From Octopus vulgaris (Eukaryota): a stretch of DNA of 64,000 bases. Position 1 is the stretch's first letter. Every line of letters starts with the position of its first letter. The notes under the pieces were generated by a model. That model was not told the origin of the DNA. It worked only from the letters and a program-made list of their open reading frames with translations, and searched no databases. The stretch spans positions 26,040,001-26,104,000 of the forward strand of contig OX597839.1 of assembly GCA_951406725.2 (NCBI GenBank), read 5' to 3'. Of the stretch, positions 10,601 through 23,260 are shown piece after piece. The position numbers were made by a program, and so were the translations under genes.

Positions 10601-12440
10601 CCACCCAGTCCTCTACTCTTCTCTCAAAAGAGCCCCTGGCAGCCGAGGTCCTGTCTTCTACGAGTTCCAATAGGGCCTCAGAGAAGACCGCAGACCAACG
10701 GGTGTGCCCGGGACATGCAGCATCGAGGAAGCGATCCTAAGTTAGACTGGGATCCTCCCTCGATGTGTGGTTGGGAATCGGCTGCGGACTGCTCTGACCC
10801 TTGATACTCACATGAGCCCTTTTGGCCAGAGCAACCCTCTTAGATTCTACCTGTTTGGCAGTCTTGCCAGGTAGGAACCGTGCGATGGCTGCATTTATCT
10901 GCCTTACCCCTGCCTTTGAAAGCTCTGCCTCCTTCTCGATGAGGACCGCTACTTCCTCGTCAGACCAACAGCCTCTGCGTCTTCGGCCCGATGCCTCAGC
11001 AGTGGTTGCCTGATCGGCATGCTTTTTCGCCACTTGCTCTAAGCGAGCAGCAATCCTGCGTGCATTAGCAACCGCAGGATGCTTGTGACATACGTGCTGC
11101 GATCGGCCTACAGCTATCAAAAAAGAACAGCTGTAGTGGTGGTCGCATTGGAAAGAAAACAGAGCAGGACTAGGGGTAGGCGCTCCAGATGCGCCATCAC
11201 ACAAGCCGGCGTGGCACCTCATTGAATGGAGGTGTCCACTTTCCCTACCACATTTACTACATCTGTAGACAGGCCTCACGCCATGTTTACATTCTAAATG
11301 TTCTCCCCATCTAGGGGGAGAAGAGAGGCACAGAGGACATAGCGGACAGGCTATGGAGCATGACGTGCAGGGAATAGTCAGCGTTAATTCGCTCCCTGCT
11401 GGAGTGAGGCTTGATACCCTCACTACCTCCTCTCGGTCCATTTCTAAATCAAGAGAATGGACGTCACGGGGGAGGTCCCTAGCAACCCCATCTCGGTCCG
11501 TCTCTAAAGAAAGAGACTAGACGTCATCGACAGGGTCCTGTGCTAGGTCCAGTGGGAGCTGAAAGCCTTTAACCACCAGGGAATAATGTCCGTAATCTAA
11601 GCTAAAGATACAATGTCTTTTCCTGTGATACATCAGTGTCGGGCGCAAAAGAGAGCGCCCGACACTGGTCCTGTCTTTGTTATGTGAGCCACAAGTATTA
11701 CCATGCAGAGGAGATGACTCATTGTCCCCTGCAGGGGAAGGTCGCAGTGCGGCCGAATGCAACTGGGCAGTACGTTCAGCCTAACTTGCGGGCCCCGTCC
11801 CGGACCCGCAGGCCACCAGTTTGGCAGCGCCTGGCTGCCATTTGTTTCTTATCTTATTGTTCATTGTCATCTATCTGTGCGGCAATTTCCATGGGTTCAT
11901 GGCTGAAACGATTAATTTGAACTTAAAGAAGGCGCAAGACCAACCCCACCGTGTAAGGCAAGCCAAACCACTATCCCAACCACCTAGTGTACCCTCCGGC
12001 CCACTAAATCGACTCCTAACAGCAGACCACGAGTGGCTCTGCCCGTCAGTGACTTCACCCCAAGGGTGAGGCCTGGCAGCGCATCCACCTGCCGAGTAAA
12101 ACCCAGCGGAAAAACCACAGGGTCTTGACAGGTCATAGGATACCAGACCTCCCTGCTAGTGTACTCAAGCCTAAGCACAACCAGCCAGATCCCAAGGGGG
12201 TCATCAAAGCTAGGCAAGGCCTGTCAGTGCATCCACCCCAGATCAGCAGTGGTTTTTCGATAGTAAAGGGGTCATAAAAGACAGGCCCCTTTACTCGGGC
12301 CCAATAGGGATCCGGTGGCCCCCACAAGGAACCACCCAAGACCCCCCAGACCCGCCAACGACCAAACAAAACAATGCAAGGACCCTTCCAGTGACCCTTC
12401 AGGTAACCCCAAAGTATAACAAGAGAGGGCCCAACCGACA
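7641..12440 (-). mobile_element. R2-clade non-LTR retrotransposon (three zinc fingers, lineage A type), near full length
   Basis: CCHH/CCHC/CCHH zinc fingers, Myb-like (CWSDEEVAVL), RT (WRPITI, QRGF, FLDLSKAF, GVRQGDALSP, AYADD), zinc-knuckle remnant, RHNKI, restriction-like endonuclease PDLV..VDVTV..KVRKY. Confidence 0.9.
8149..11441 (-). pseudogene. R2 ZF-Myb-RT-RLE polyprotein, disrupted
   Basis: Four ORF pieces joined by in-frame stops at 10737 and 8563 and one frameshift near 10200. Confidence 0.85.
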
Positions 12441-12680
12441 GCCAACCACTCTGTGAGTGTAGTGGGTGCTTTTTTCGTGCCGCTGGCACCGGTGCCAGGG
12501 GGGGGGGCCTTGCAGCGGCAACGATCGGTTGGTGCTTTTCACGTGCCACCGGCACAGAAGCAAGTCAAGGCGGCGCTGCAATCGGCCACGTTCGGATGCT
12601 GCTTTTTACGTGCTGAAAGGAAGCAACAGAAAGTAACAACGACACTCTTGCCTGCGCGTAGAGCAGGTCACCTTCAGCTA

Positions 12681-12734
<54 letters not shown>

Positions 12735-12954
12735 GTGTGTGTCTTTGGGTCTGTGTTTGTCCTGCCCACCTCACCATCACTTGACAACCAATGTTGGTGT
12801 GTTTATGTCCCTGTAACTTAGTGGTTTGGCAAAACAGACTGATAGGATAAGTACCAAGCTTACAAAGAATAAGGCCTGGGGTCGATTTCTTCAGCTAAAA
12901 GGCAGTGCTCCAGCATGGCTGCAGTCACATGACTGAAACAAATATATATATATA

Positions 12955-13350
12955 GGCGCAGGAGTGGCTGTGTGGTAAGTAGCTTGCTAACCAACCACAT
13001 GGTTCCAGGTTCAGTCCCACTGCGTGGCATCTTGGGCAAGTGTCTTCTGCTATAGCCCCGGGCCGACCAATGCCTTGTGAGTGGATTTGGTAGACGGAAA
13101 CTGAAAGAAGCCTGTCGTATATATGTATATATTTATATATATATGTGTTTGTGTGTCTGTGTTTGTCCCCCTAGCATTGCTTGACAACCGATGCTGGTGT
13201 GTTTACGTCCTCGTCACTTAGCGGTTCGGCTAAAGAGACCGATAGAATAAGTACTGGGCTTACAAAGAATAAGTCCCAGGGTCTATTTGCTCGACTAAAG
13301 ACGGTGCTCCAGCATGGCCGCAGTCAAATGACTGAAACATGTAAAAGAGA
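12955..13350 (+). mobile_element. SINE family A
   Basis: Full-length match to the copy at 1075. Confidence 0.85.
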
Positions 13351-13351
13351 G

Positions 13352-13383
<32 letters not shown>

Positions 13384-14132
13384 CAGACAGACAGACAGAC
13401 AGACAGATAGATAGATAATATGTAGCTTATAAAGTATACATACGCACACACTTACACAGAAACATATTCGCTCATACACACATGCATTTATATTTATATA
13501 CATTTTAATATGTATGTTTAATTAGTGTCAACCAACAACCAATCTATATATGTTGAACTGAGGACACTAGGGTGTTGCTTTGCTTCTCACACACACAGAC
13601 ACACACACACATACACACGCACGGGGGGGGGGGATTGAATCATTAAATCTCTTATCTTCTTTTTCTTCTTTTTATCTCTTGTTAATCTGACATTTCCAAC
13701 AACAGAAACTATTTTATTTTGCATTTTTTATTTTCACCTGAATATCTTTCACCTCGTCATGGAAAATTACAGGTATTTCCTTTTTTGGTTTCCTTCTGCT
13801 TACCTTTACAGTGATCAAATTTAGGTCATCCAACACACAAACACACAGATTAGGTCACCATCACTTACACAGGTATTCACTGTTGTTGTTGTCATTGTTG
13901 CTGTCATTGCTTGAGCTAATTGCCTGATCTGTGATACTCTGAATGGAGGTGTCATTGCATAAATTGTGATTTAGAGCAGGGAGAAATCATTGAATTGCGA
14001 TTCTCAATTACTTCATATTGCATTCCAACACCATTTCACTTTTTCGCACTGTCTGTCTGTCTGTCTCCCAACCTCTATCTCGTTTTCCTTTTCTTTCCTT
14101 TCCTCCTGGGGTAGCCAGGTATCTCCTCCATA

Positions 14133-14550
14133 AAGGTGGTGAGTTGGCAGAAACGTTAGCATGCCGGGCGAAATGCTTAGCCGTATTTCGTCTGCGTTAC
14201 GTTGTGAGTTCAAATTCCGCCAAGGTCGACTTTGCCTTTCATCCTTTCGGGGTCGATAAATTAAGTACCAGTTACGCACTGGAGTCGATGTAATCGACTT
14301 AATCCGTTTGTCTGTCCTTGTTTGTCCCCTCTGTGTTTAGCCCCTTGTGGGTAGTAAAGAAATAGGTATTTTGTCTGCCACTACATTCTGAGCTCAAATT
14401 CCGTTGAGGTCGACTTTGCCTTTCATCCTTTCGGGGTCGATAAATTAAGTACCAGTTACGCACTGGGGTCGATCTAATCGACTTAATACCTATGTCTGTC
14501 CTTGTTTGTCCCCTCTGTGTTTAGCCCCTTGTGGGTGGTAAAGAAATAGG
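14133..14550 (+). mobile_element. SINE family B, one full copy plus a 5'-truncated tandem copy
   Basis: tRNA-like head (GAGTTCAAATTCC B box). Core GCCTTTCATCCTTTCGGGGTCGATAAATTAAGTACCAG occurs twice. Confidence 0.75.
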
Positions 14551-14799
14551 TATCTCCTCCATTGTAAGACCCTTGTCTCTATTTATCTATTATGCTTCAA
14601 TCTCTCATCCAGCACAAACAAAAGCCACCTCCCTCAGTTTCATTCCCTCTCTCAGTCGTAGGGGCCTTTGTCTTCCAAGTTATTTAGTGACCCCATTGGT
14701 GTTGGTGTTACAAAAAAAGAAAAGCACTCAGTACATTCTGTTAAATGGTTGCTGGAAAGTTCCTGGCTTTAAGGGTATCACAAAATGCCTGGATGGAGG

Positions 14800-15430
14800 C
14801 CCGAGCCACTCTCCGGCTATCTATCTGCGGCTTTATATAGCTATGGTAAGACCTCACCTGGAATTTGCATCACCGCTCTGGAACCCCTATCTTGCCCAGG
14901 ATATCAATCGTCTGGAAGCTGTTGAGCGACGTGCAACCAAAAGAATACCCTCCATCAGGCATTTGCCATATCCTGAACGCCTTACTTCCCTGGGCATGGA
15001 CACATTGAAACTCCAACGTCTGGCAGCTGACTTGGCAGACACCCATAAAATTATCAACCATCGTACAAACAATAACTCTGAGCACCTTTTCAAACTCCAC
15101 CCGTCTAACACCCGTGGACATATTTACAAAGTAAGAAAACAGCACAGCTCCCATGATTTCAGGAAACATTTTTTCACGCTGAGAGTTGCTGAAGCATGGA
15201 ACAAACTGCCGGCATCAGTTGTTAGTTGTCGGAGCACTGCATCCTTCAAACTTCCATGCTTCCTGAGATTCGCCAACACTACACTTGATTTTCTCCCCTC
15301 CATACACACGCAAGCATGTATCTGACTCATACATTGTTCGCTTTCCAGACATTTTTACATTACTGCATGTGCTTTATATGCACAAGTTGTGGTGCACCTG
15401 AGCACTGTATACAATAATTTCATTATTATA
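14800..15430 (+). mobile_element. CR1-group LINE 3' fragment
   Basis: LYIAMVRPHLEFASPLWNPY..RRATK..YPERL..TRGH..FF..RV..WNKLP. The 3' tail CACCTGAGCACTGTA(ATT)n also occurs near 20410-20460. Confidence 0.85.
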
Positions 15431-15646
15431 TACATACAGATGCACACACACACATATATGCATACATACACATACACACATACATACATATGTACATACA
15501 TATGTACATACATGCATAGGCACACACACTGACCCACACACATGCACACAAACAAACAAAAAGGGAACGCAGTGTAAATAACGGTCAGAGTCAAGACTAT
15601 TGAAAAGGTTGCAAGACGCAACAAAAATTTTAAGAAAGTAAAGATA

Positions 15647-16610
15647 GGCGCAGGAGTGGCTGTGTGGTAAGTAGCTTGCTTACCAACCACATGATTCCGG
15701 GTTCAGTCCCACTGCGTAGCATCTTGGGCAAGTGTCTTCTGCTACAGCCCCGGGCCGACCAATGCCTTGTGAGTGGATTTGGTAGACGGAAACTGAAAGA
15801 AGCCCGTCGTATATATATATATATATGCATGTGTGTGTGTGTGTGTCTGTGTTTGTCCCCCTAGCATTGCTTGACAACCGATGCTGGTGTGTCCCGGGGT
15901 CGATTTGCTCGACTAAAGGCGGTGCTCCAGCATGGCTGCAGTCACATGACTGAAACAAGTAAAAGAGTAAAGAGTATATTCTTTTATTCTTTTACTTGTT
16001 TCAGTCATTTGACTGTGGCCATGCTGGAGCACTACCTTAAGAGGTTTTAGTCGAAGAAGTCAACCCCAGGAATTTTTCTTTGTAAGCCTAATACTTATTC
16101 TATCGGTCTCTTTTGCCGAACCACTAAGTAACGGGGACATAAACACACCAGCATCGGTTGTCAAGCAATGCCAGGGGAACAAACACAGACACACAAACAC
16201 ATATATATATATGTGTATACTCTTTTGCTCTCTCTTTCACTTGTTTCAGTCATTTGACTGCGGCCATGCTGGAGCACCGCCTTTAGTTGAGCAAATCGAC
16301 CCCGGGACTTATTTTTTGTAAGCCCAGTACTTATTCTATCGGTCTCTTTTGCCGAACCACTAAGTAACGGGGACATAAACACACCAGCATCGGTTGTCAA
16401 GCAATGCTAGGGGAACAAACACAGACACACAAACACATATATATATATACATATATACGACAGGCTTCTTTCAGTTTCCATCTACCAAATCCACTCACAA
16501 GGCATTGGTCGGCCCGGGGCTATAGCAGAAGACACTTGCCCAAGATGCCACGCAGTGGGACTGAACCCGGAACCATGTGGTTGGTAAGCAAGCTACTTAC
16601 CACACAGCCA
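15647..16610. mobile_element. Cluster of three family A SINEs (one plus, two minus)
   Basis: Matches to the family A consensus in both orientations. Confidence 0.8.
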
Positions 16611-17219
16611 ATCCTGGCTTCTTTCAGTTTCTGCTCACAAGGCTTTGGCAGATCTGAGGCAAATGCTCAGGCACTGGACTGGGATTGAACCCAGAACCAA
16701 GTGGTTGCAAAGCAAGCTTCTTTCTTCTAATAGCTACAGAGAATTGGATATATTAATATGCATATTATAAGTTAGAAAATGGTTGATAAGCATTGATAAT
16801 CTCAGGATTAAATAAGCTCTGTGTCTGAAAGGTAAGCACGGGGGAGCAGGAAACTTGAAGGGTTGACTGTAAATAAACCAGTCAAAGGCTACAGGAAAGC
16901 TTTGCTGTTTGTTTCTCAAAGAAACTCCTGAATCTTCAGAGTTTGGTATGGAGATGCATGATTACTAATGGAGAGAGAGGGAGAGAGGGAGAGAGAGAGG
17001 GAGAGAGAGAGAGATTATGAATAAACTGTAAATAAAGGCAGCAGGAAACACCGTTATATCTTTCTCCCCACGAAAAAAAAAATCATGAATCATGGATGGG
17101 CATGGAGTGCTGACGCCTGGAGGAATGGCACATGGAGAGAGAGAGAGAAAGAGAGAGAGAGAGAAAGAGAGGGAGAAAGAGAGAGAGAGGAACAAATTAT
17201 GAATAAGATGCCCTTTATA

Positions 17220-17635
17220 GGCGCAGGAGTGGCTGTGTGGTAAGTAGCTTGCTTCCCAACCACATGGTTCTGGGTTCAGTCCCACTGCGTGGCACCTTGG
17301 GCAAGTGTCTTCTGCTATAGCCCCGGGCCGACCAATGCCTTGTGAGTGGATTTGGTAGACGGAAACTGAAAGAAGCCTGTCGTATGTATGTATGTATATA
17401 TATGTATGTGTGTGTGTATGTTTGTGTGTCTGTGTTTGTCCCCCTAGCATTGCTTGACAACCGATGCTGGTGTGTTTACGTCCCCGTCACTTAGCGGTTC
17501 GGCAAAAGAGACCGATAGAATAAGTACTGGGCTTACAAAAGAATAAGTCCTGGGGTCGATTTGCTCGACTAGAGGCGGTGCTGCAGCATGGCCGCAGTCA
17601 AATGACTGAAACAAGTGAAAGAGTAAAAGAGTAAG
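17220..17635 (+). mobile_element. SINE family A
   Basis: Full-length copy. Confidence 0.85.
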
Positions 17636-17749
17636 ATGTTTTTCTGTACATGAGTGTACAAGGCTTTGGAAAATCCATATCTATGAGACATGGATTTTCT
17701 AAAACCTTAAATTATATTTTTAAGAATCTTTGCTGCATCTCAATATCTC

Positions 17750-18885
17750 TTTGTGGTACTGCCCTGTGGTACACCTAAACACCCTTTGTTTTGCTCCTAG
17801 ATACACCTTTGTGGTGCACCTTGTTACCCTCTTGTCGTACTCCCAAATTCCACTTTGTGGTGCTTCTAAATCCACTCTTGTGGTGCTCCTAGATCTTACT
17901 TTGAAGTGCTCCTAGATCCACCCTTGTGGCGCTCCTAGATCCACCCTTGCGATGCACCTTGCTACCCACTTGTAGTGCTCCTAGATCCACTCTTCTGGTG
18001 CTTGTAGATCCACCCTTGCACTGCTCCTAGACCCACCCTTATGATGCACCTTGATACCCCTTTGTGGTACTCCTAGATCCACCCTTGTGGCGCTCGTAGA
18101 CCCACCCTTGTGATGCACCTTGATACCCCTTTGTGGTGTTCCTAGATCCACCCTTGTGGCGCTCGTAGATCCACCCTTGTGATGTACCTTGATACCCCTT
18201 TGTGGTGCTCCTAGATCCACCCTTGTGCTTGTAGACATCACCTTGTGGTATCCCTAGACCCACCCTTACATTGCACCTATATCTCCAAGTGTTGCATCTA
18301 GATATCCTTGAAGTGCCTTCAGATCCCTTCCTTATGGTACACCTAAAGACACCCCTAGTGGTGCCCTTACATTCCCCTTGTGTCGCCCCTTATACCTGCC
18401 TTGTTGTATACCTCGACATCCCCTTGTGGTGCAGCTAGATTCCCTCTCTGTGATGCCCCTAGATGCCCTTTTGTATTGCATCTAGATGCCTCCATGTGTT
18501 GTGGTGCAGCTAGATTCCCTCTCTGTGATGCCCCTAGATGCCCTTTTGTATTGCACCTAGATGCCTCCATGTGTTGTGGTGCAGCTAGATTCCCTCTCTG
18601 TGATGCCCCTAGATGCCCTTTTGTATTGCACCTAGATGCCTCCATGTGTTGTGGTGCAGCTAGATACCCTCTCTGTGATGCCCCTAGATGCCCTTTTGTA
18701 TTGCACCTAGATGCCTCCATGTGTTGTGGTGCAGCTAGATTCCCTCTCTGTGATGCCCCTAGATGCCCTTTTGTATTGCACCTAGATGCCTCCATGTGTT
18801 GTGGTGCAGCTAGATTCCCTCTCTGTGATGCCCCTAGATGCCCTTTTGTATTGCACCTAGATGCCTCCATGTGTTGTGGTGCATC
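17750..18885. repeat. Minisatellite of about 23-bp monomers with 69-bp and 75-bp higher-order units
   Basis: Monomer approximately TTGTGGTGCTCCTAGATCCACCC. Six near-identical 75-bp units at 18425-18882. Confidence 0.9.
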
Positions 18886-19256
18886 GTTTGTAAGCCAATG
18901 ACCTCAGCTGATGTGATATTGATTTAGTGCAGTCATTGACCTTGTCTCTCAGAAGGATGACCAATGGCGGCAGTGGCTTGGTCAGCATCGAAGGTAGAAA
19001 CACAATTCTTATGTCATGGGCAAAAGAAGATGATGAGGTTGTGGAAGAGGAAGAAAATAATGAAGTCAAAAAAGTCGAGGAGGGAGGACAAGGGAGATAA
19101 TGAGGGAGGAGAAGGAGAATAAGATGAAGATGAAGAGGACAAGATGATGAAGAAGACAGTGAGAGGGGGGAAGAGGAGAAGAAAAAGATGGAGACAAGAA
19201 GAAGAAGAAGAAGATTGTATGTAGAGTCTCAACCACTGTTCTCATGGACACATGTG

Positions 19257-19352
19257 GCCCCCAAGCCTCCTTCTGGCGGCCCCCAAGCCTCCTTCTGGCG
19301 GCCCCCAAGCCTCCTTCTGGCGGCCCCCAAGCCTCCTTCTGGCGGCCCCCAA
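19257..19352. repeat. 22-bp GC-rich tandem repeat, 4 copies
   Basis: Unit CCAAGCCTCCTTCTGGCGGCCC. Confidence 0.9.
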
Positions 19353-20433
19353 ACTTGTGTTTTCCCTTTTTTTTTGTGTGCCCTCTGCCCCTAAAAAAAT
19401 CCAAGTTTTGGATCTGGTCCAGATATTAAAAAGGTCAAGAACCAATGACCTATTCTTGCTTGAAATAGCAGCCAAGTCTCCCTCAATCAAATGCATTTGT
19501 CTTTAACTAGGAAGGACATGTTAGGTAGTGTCCTAGATAGCCCTAAAAAGATGATGGGATGATCACTGCAGGACTGCTTCTGATCATAGGTATACTCCAT
19601 CGAGGTTGGCCTGGGGCTAAACAGCATTTAGCAACAGCTGAGAAAAAATTTGGAATCGATGCCAAGGAGGAAGCTTCTATGTGGTTGATCAATTTGCTAG
19701 AAATAGCAGCCAAATTTAACCCAGTCTTTAAAAAAAAAGAAATATTGGATGATATGGTCCTGTGTATACAAAACGATGGGAAGGTCAAGGCCAGAACGTC
19801 TTTTAGTTGAGGTGGGGTGTCAAAGTACAACCTTTGAGAGGTCACCACACTCAACCCCCATCACCACCACCACCATCCCCACCACCGCTGCCTTCATCAT
19901 CATCATCACCATCTTAACACTAGTGTGGCACCCACCCTCCATCACTACAGCTATCCCAACTACCCCCTGCTCTGCTATGCCACCAATGCTATCACTAGTG
20001 CCACCACCACCACCACCCCTACTCATTCAACTCCACCGCCACCCTACACATTCCACCCACTCCCACCCTACTATTTCACCACCACCCTCCTCAATCCACT
20101 ACCACCACCACCACCACCCTACCATAAACCACCTAGAAAACAGTTTCTTAGCAACAGACATAATATAGATTACCATTAAACAGGACATTACCCCAACCAA
20201 CAATGAGTGAGTCAACCAAGCCGCTAGAAACAGCAACCAAATCACCTCCTACTGTCTTAAGTAGAGCAAGACACATTTTAAATATGTTGTCCCTGGTGCT
20301 TGCATCAGTTGTTGACTGCCATGACACTGCATCCTTTAAGGCCCTCATGCTTTCCGAAATCCGCCGAAACTACACCTGATTATATATACACTTTAGATGA
20401 GTTGTAGTGCACCTGAGCACTGTACACAATTAC

Positions 20434-20464
<31 letters not shown>

Positions 20465-20599
20465 ACACACACACATTTTGAAGAGGTCTTAGCCCAACAG
20501 GTTCTGGGGTCTGATGATATGCCATAAACCTAAACCCTTTATGGAGGGGAGACCCAGGGTAATTCCATAAACTGGCTTTCCCCATCTTTAAAATATATT

Positions 20600-20994
20600 A
20601 CTCTTTTACTTGTTTCAGTCATTTGACTGCGGCCATGCTGGAGCACCACCTTTAGTCAAGCAAATCGCCCCCGGGACTTATTCTTTGTAAGCCCAGTACT
20701 TATTCTATCGGTCTCTTTAGCCTAACCGCTAAGTGACGGAGACGCAAACACACCAGCATCGGTTGTCAAGCAATGCTAGGGGGGACAAACACAGACACAC
20801 AAACACACACACACACTTATATATATATACATATATACGACAGGCTTCTTTCAGTTTCCGTCTACCAAATCCACTCACAAGGCATTGGTCAGCCCGGGGC
20901 TATAGCAGAAGACACTTGCCCAAGATGCCACGCAGTGGGACTGAACCCGGAACCATGTGGTTGGTTAGCAAGCTACTTACCACACAGCCACTCC

Positions 20995-20996
<2 letters not shown>
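20600..20996 (-). mobile_element. SINE family A
   Basis: Reverse-complement full copy. Confidence 0.85.
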
Positions 20997-21036
<40 letters not shown>

Positions 21037-21770
21037 ACATAAAAGAATAGATACGTTTATTAGCACTCTGATATAATCCAGATCTGGCTAACCACTCTGA
21101 ATGATAAGAAACATACAGAATTGGTTAATAGAAACAACTGGACAATACTTTACTCGACAGAGTAAAAGAGTAAAAGAGAGAGTATATCTGCACAGGAGAA
21201 TTAAAAATTACTGCCGATTTTAGCAATTTTGTAACTTCTTGCGGAAGCCCTGGACTGTACTGGCGGAACCCTAAGGTTCCGGGGGAACCCTGGTTGAAAA
21301 CCACTGCTATAAACAGTAAAGAAAAGAAAAGGAAAAAAAAAGCCCCACCCTTTACCCAAACAAAGCCTGGGTGAGTTGACAGGTTGTCTTTGCTGTTGTT
21401 TCGCTCCCTCACCAGATTGTCTCTGGGCCAAAAACCTATGGCATGTAGGTGATCGTTGGAGCCACTGGAATGCTTGGGTGTGACCCGCAGATTTAATATT
21501 CCAATTTATGGTGCTATAAATCACTTTACCAAGTAACAACCAAACACACACACACACACATATCGATTAATCTTATGAGAAGTTGCTTGTGTGAGTGTGT
21601 GTGTGAATATAACAGTTGGAATGTTAAGTCAACCCATTTCACCTGTCTTCATACAAAACTGTTGTGACTAACTGTGGGGTCAACGAAACAAATCTCTGCT
21701 TTTAAAGGGGTCCAAATTAAAACCTTCCATTGAAATTTCAGGTTAATTTATGTTTCAAACACCAGTTTAA

Positions 21771-21989
21771 TCCTTTAGTATTTAAACCGGCCATATCCAG
21801 CCAAAATATTTAATCTGTTTTATGCTCAAACTGACCAGATCCAGGCTCTCACACCTACCCTACAATGTTATTCTACATTAGGTAATTACACCATCAAGAT
21901 CTTGAAGATATGAGATAATGCATGAATAATTCAAATCAATGGGAATCAATAGGCATTATGTTTGATTGAATAATCTAAACACTAAAGGG
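21771..21989. mobile_element. piggyBac-type MITE
   Basis: TTAA on both sides, termini TCCTTTAG and CTAAAGGG. Related to the copy at 45386. Confidence 0.7.
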
Positions 21990-22091
21990 TTAATAATGGT
22001 GAAGTTATTTCACTAAATTCCTCATAGTAATAAAAAGGGTTAAAGAGATCTAAATTTCAGGTTAATTTATGTTCCAAAATCGAGATTAATA

Positions 22092-22434
22092 GGCGCAGGA
22101 GTGGCTGTGTGGTAAGTAGCTTGCTAACCAACCACATGGTTACAAGTTCAGTCCCACCGCATGGCATCTTGGGCAAGTGTCTTCTGCTATAGCCCCGGAC
22201 AGACCAAAGCCTTGTGAGTGGATTTGGTAGACAGAAACTGAAAGAAGCCCGTCGTATATATACGTATATATATATATATGTATGTGTGTGTTTGTGTGCC
22301 TGTGTTTGTCCCCCTAGCATTGCTTGACAACGGATGCTGGTGTGTTTACGTCCCCGTCACTTAGCAGTTCGGCAAAAGAGACCGATAGAATAAGTACTGG
22401 GCTTACAAAGAATAAGTCCCGGGATCGATTTGCT
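22092..22434 (+). mobile_element. SINE family A, 3'-truncated
   Basis: Consensus match up to the fold-back insertion at 22435. Confidence 0.8.
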
Positions 22435-22490
22435 TGTTACTCAGAGTTTCACGTTCCTGTTTGTTGGACAGTTTTGGTTCTCCGCCCAAA

Positions 22491-22528
22491 TTGTCCGACG
22501 AACGGGAACACGAAACTCTGAGTAACAG
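22491..22528 (+). ncRNA. Hammerhead-like motif (variant core CCGACGA) in a fold-back stub
   Basis: TTGT-CCGACGA-stem II region-GAAAC-TCTGA-GTA-ACAG. Stem I is TTGT/ACAG. Confidence 0.5.
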
Positions 22529-22991
22529 GTTTTGTGATATTTTTTAATAAAGCATATTACTCTGCCTCTGGTATTTGAGTACTCCTTTTTCCACCTGGTT
22601 TCACATTTATGTGCTTACTCCACTATATAAAAATATTTGATTTACACCTGCATTAAACTCCATTTATTTATTCATATATTATACAAAAAATTCCATGTAA
22701 ACCCGGAGTTTATTGGGTCTACAGTTGAATGCAGGTATCATTACAGGTGAATTGATTTGCTGCACTTGATTTGCGTTTCTATATTCATCTAACGCCTCAA
22801 ATTCGAATGTCCTGAGCACTTCACAGTGCAGTCTATACATGGAAAAGAAAATCTTTTTAAATTTCTTTTTCTCTTTTAAATATAATTATTTATATATATA
22901 TCTATACACACATATGTATGTATACATATGCATATTCTTTTATATATGTTTTTCAGGTGTGTGTGTGTATATATATATATATAATTATATA

Positions 22992-23204
22992 CAGTGTGGC
23001 CGAAAAGCAGTTTACAGTTATCACGTAGGCACTTTACATTTCTTTTAAAACATTTCATTACATTTAAATTCCTGTCTTACAATTAACTAAATTAGCATAG
23101 AATAATGGTTTCATATCTATTTTTATAATTAAGATCTAAACTGTTAATATATTAATGAGAAAGAGATAATTGAATGACTGTAAACCTACTTTTGGGCCAC
23201 CCTG
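22992..23204. mobile_element. Tc1/mariner-type MITE
   Basis: About 28-bp imperfect TIRs: CAGTGTGGCCGAAAAGCAGTTTACAGT and ACTGTAAACCTACTTTTGGGCCACCCTG. Confidence 0.7.
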
Positions 23205-23208
23205 TGTT

Positions 23209-23260
<52 letters not shown>

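Noticed and set aside
12015-12050. Possible HDV-like ribozyme P3/L3 (GCCACTCGTGGT) in the R2 leader
   Set aside because: Folds as a simple hairpin. I could not assign P1, P1.1, P2 or J4/2.
18367-18901. Cys-rich 25-aa repeat protein
   Set aside because: Open on both strands because the unit is 75 bp; no splice or domain evidence.
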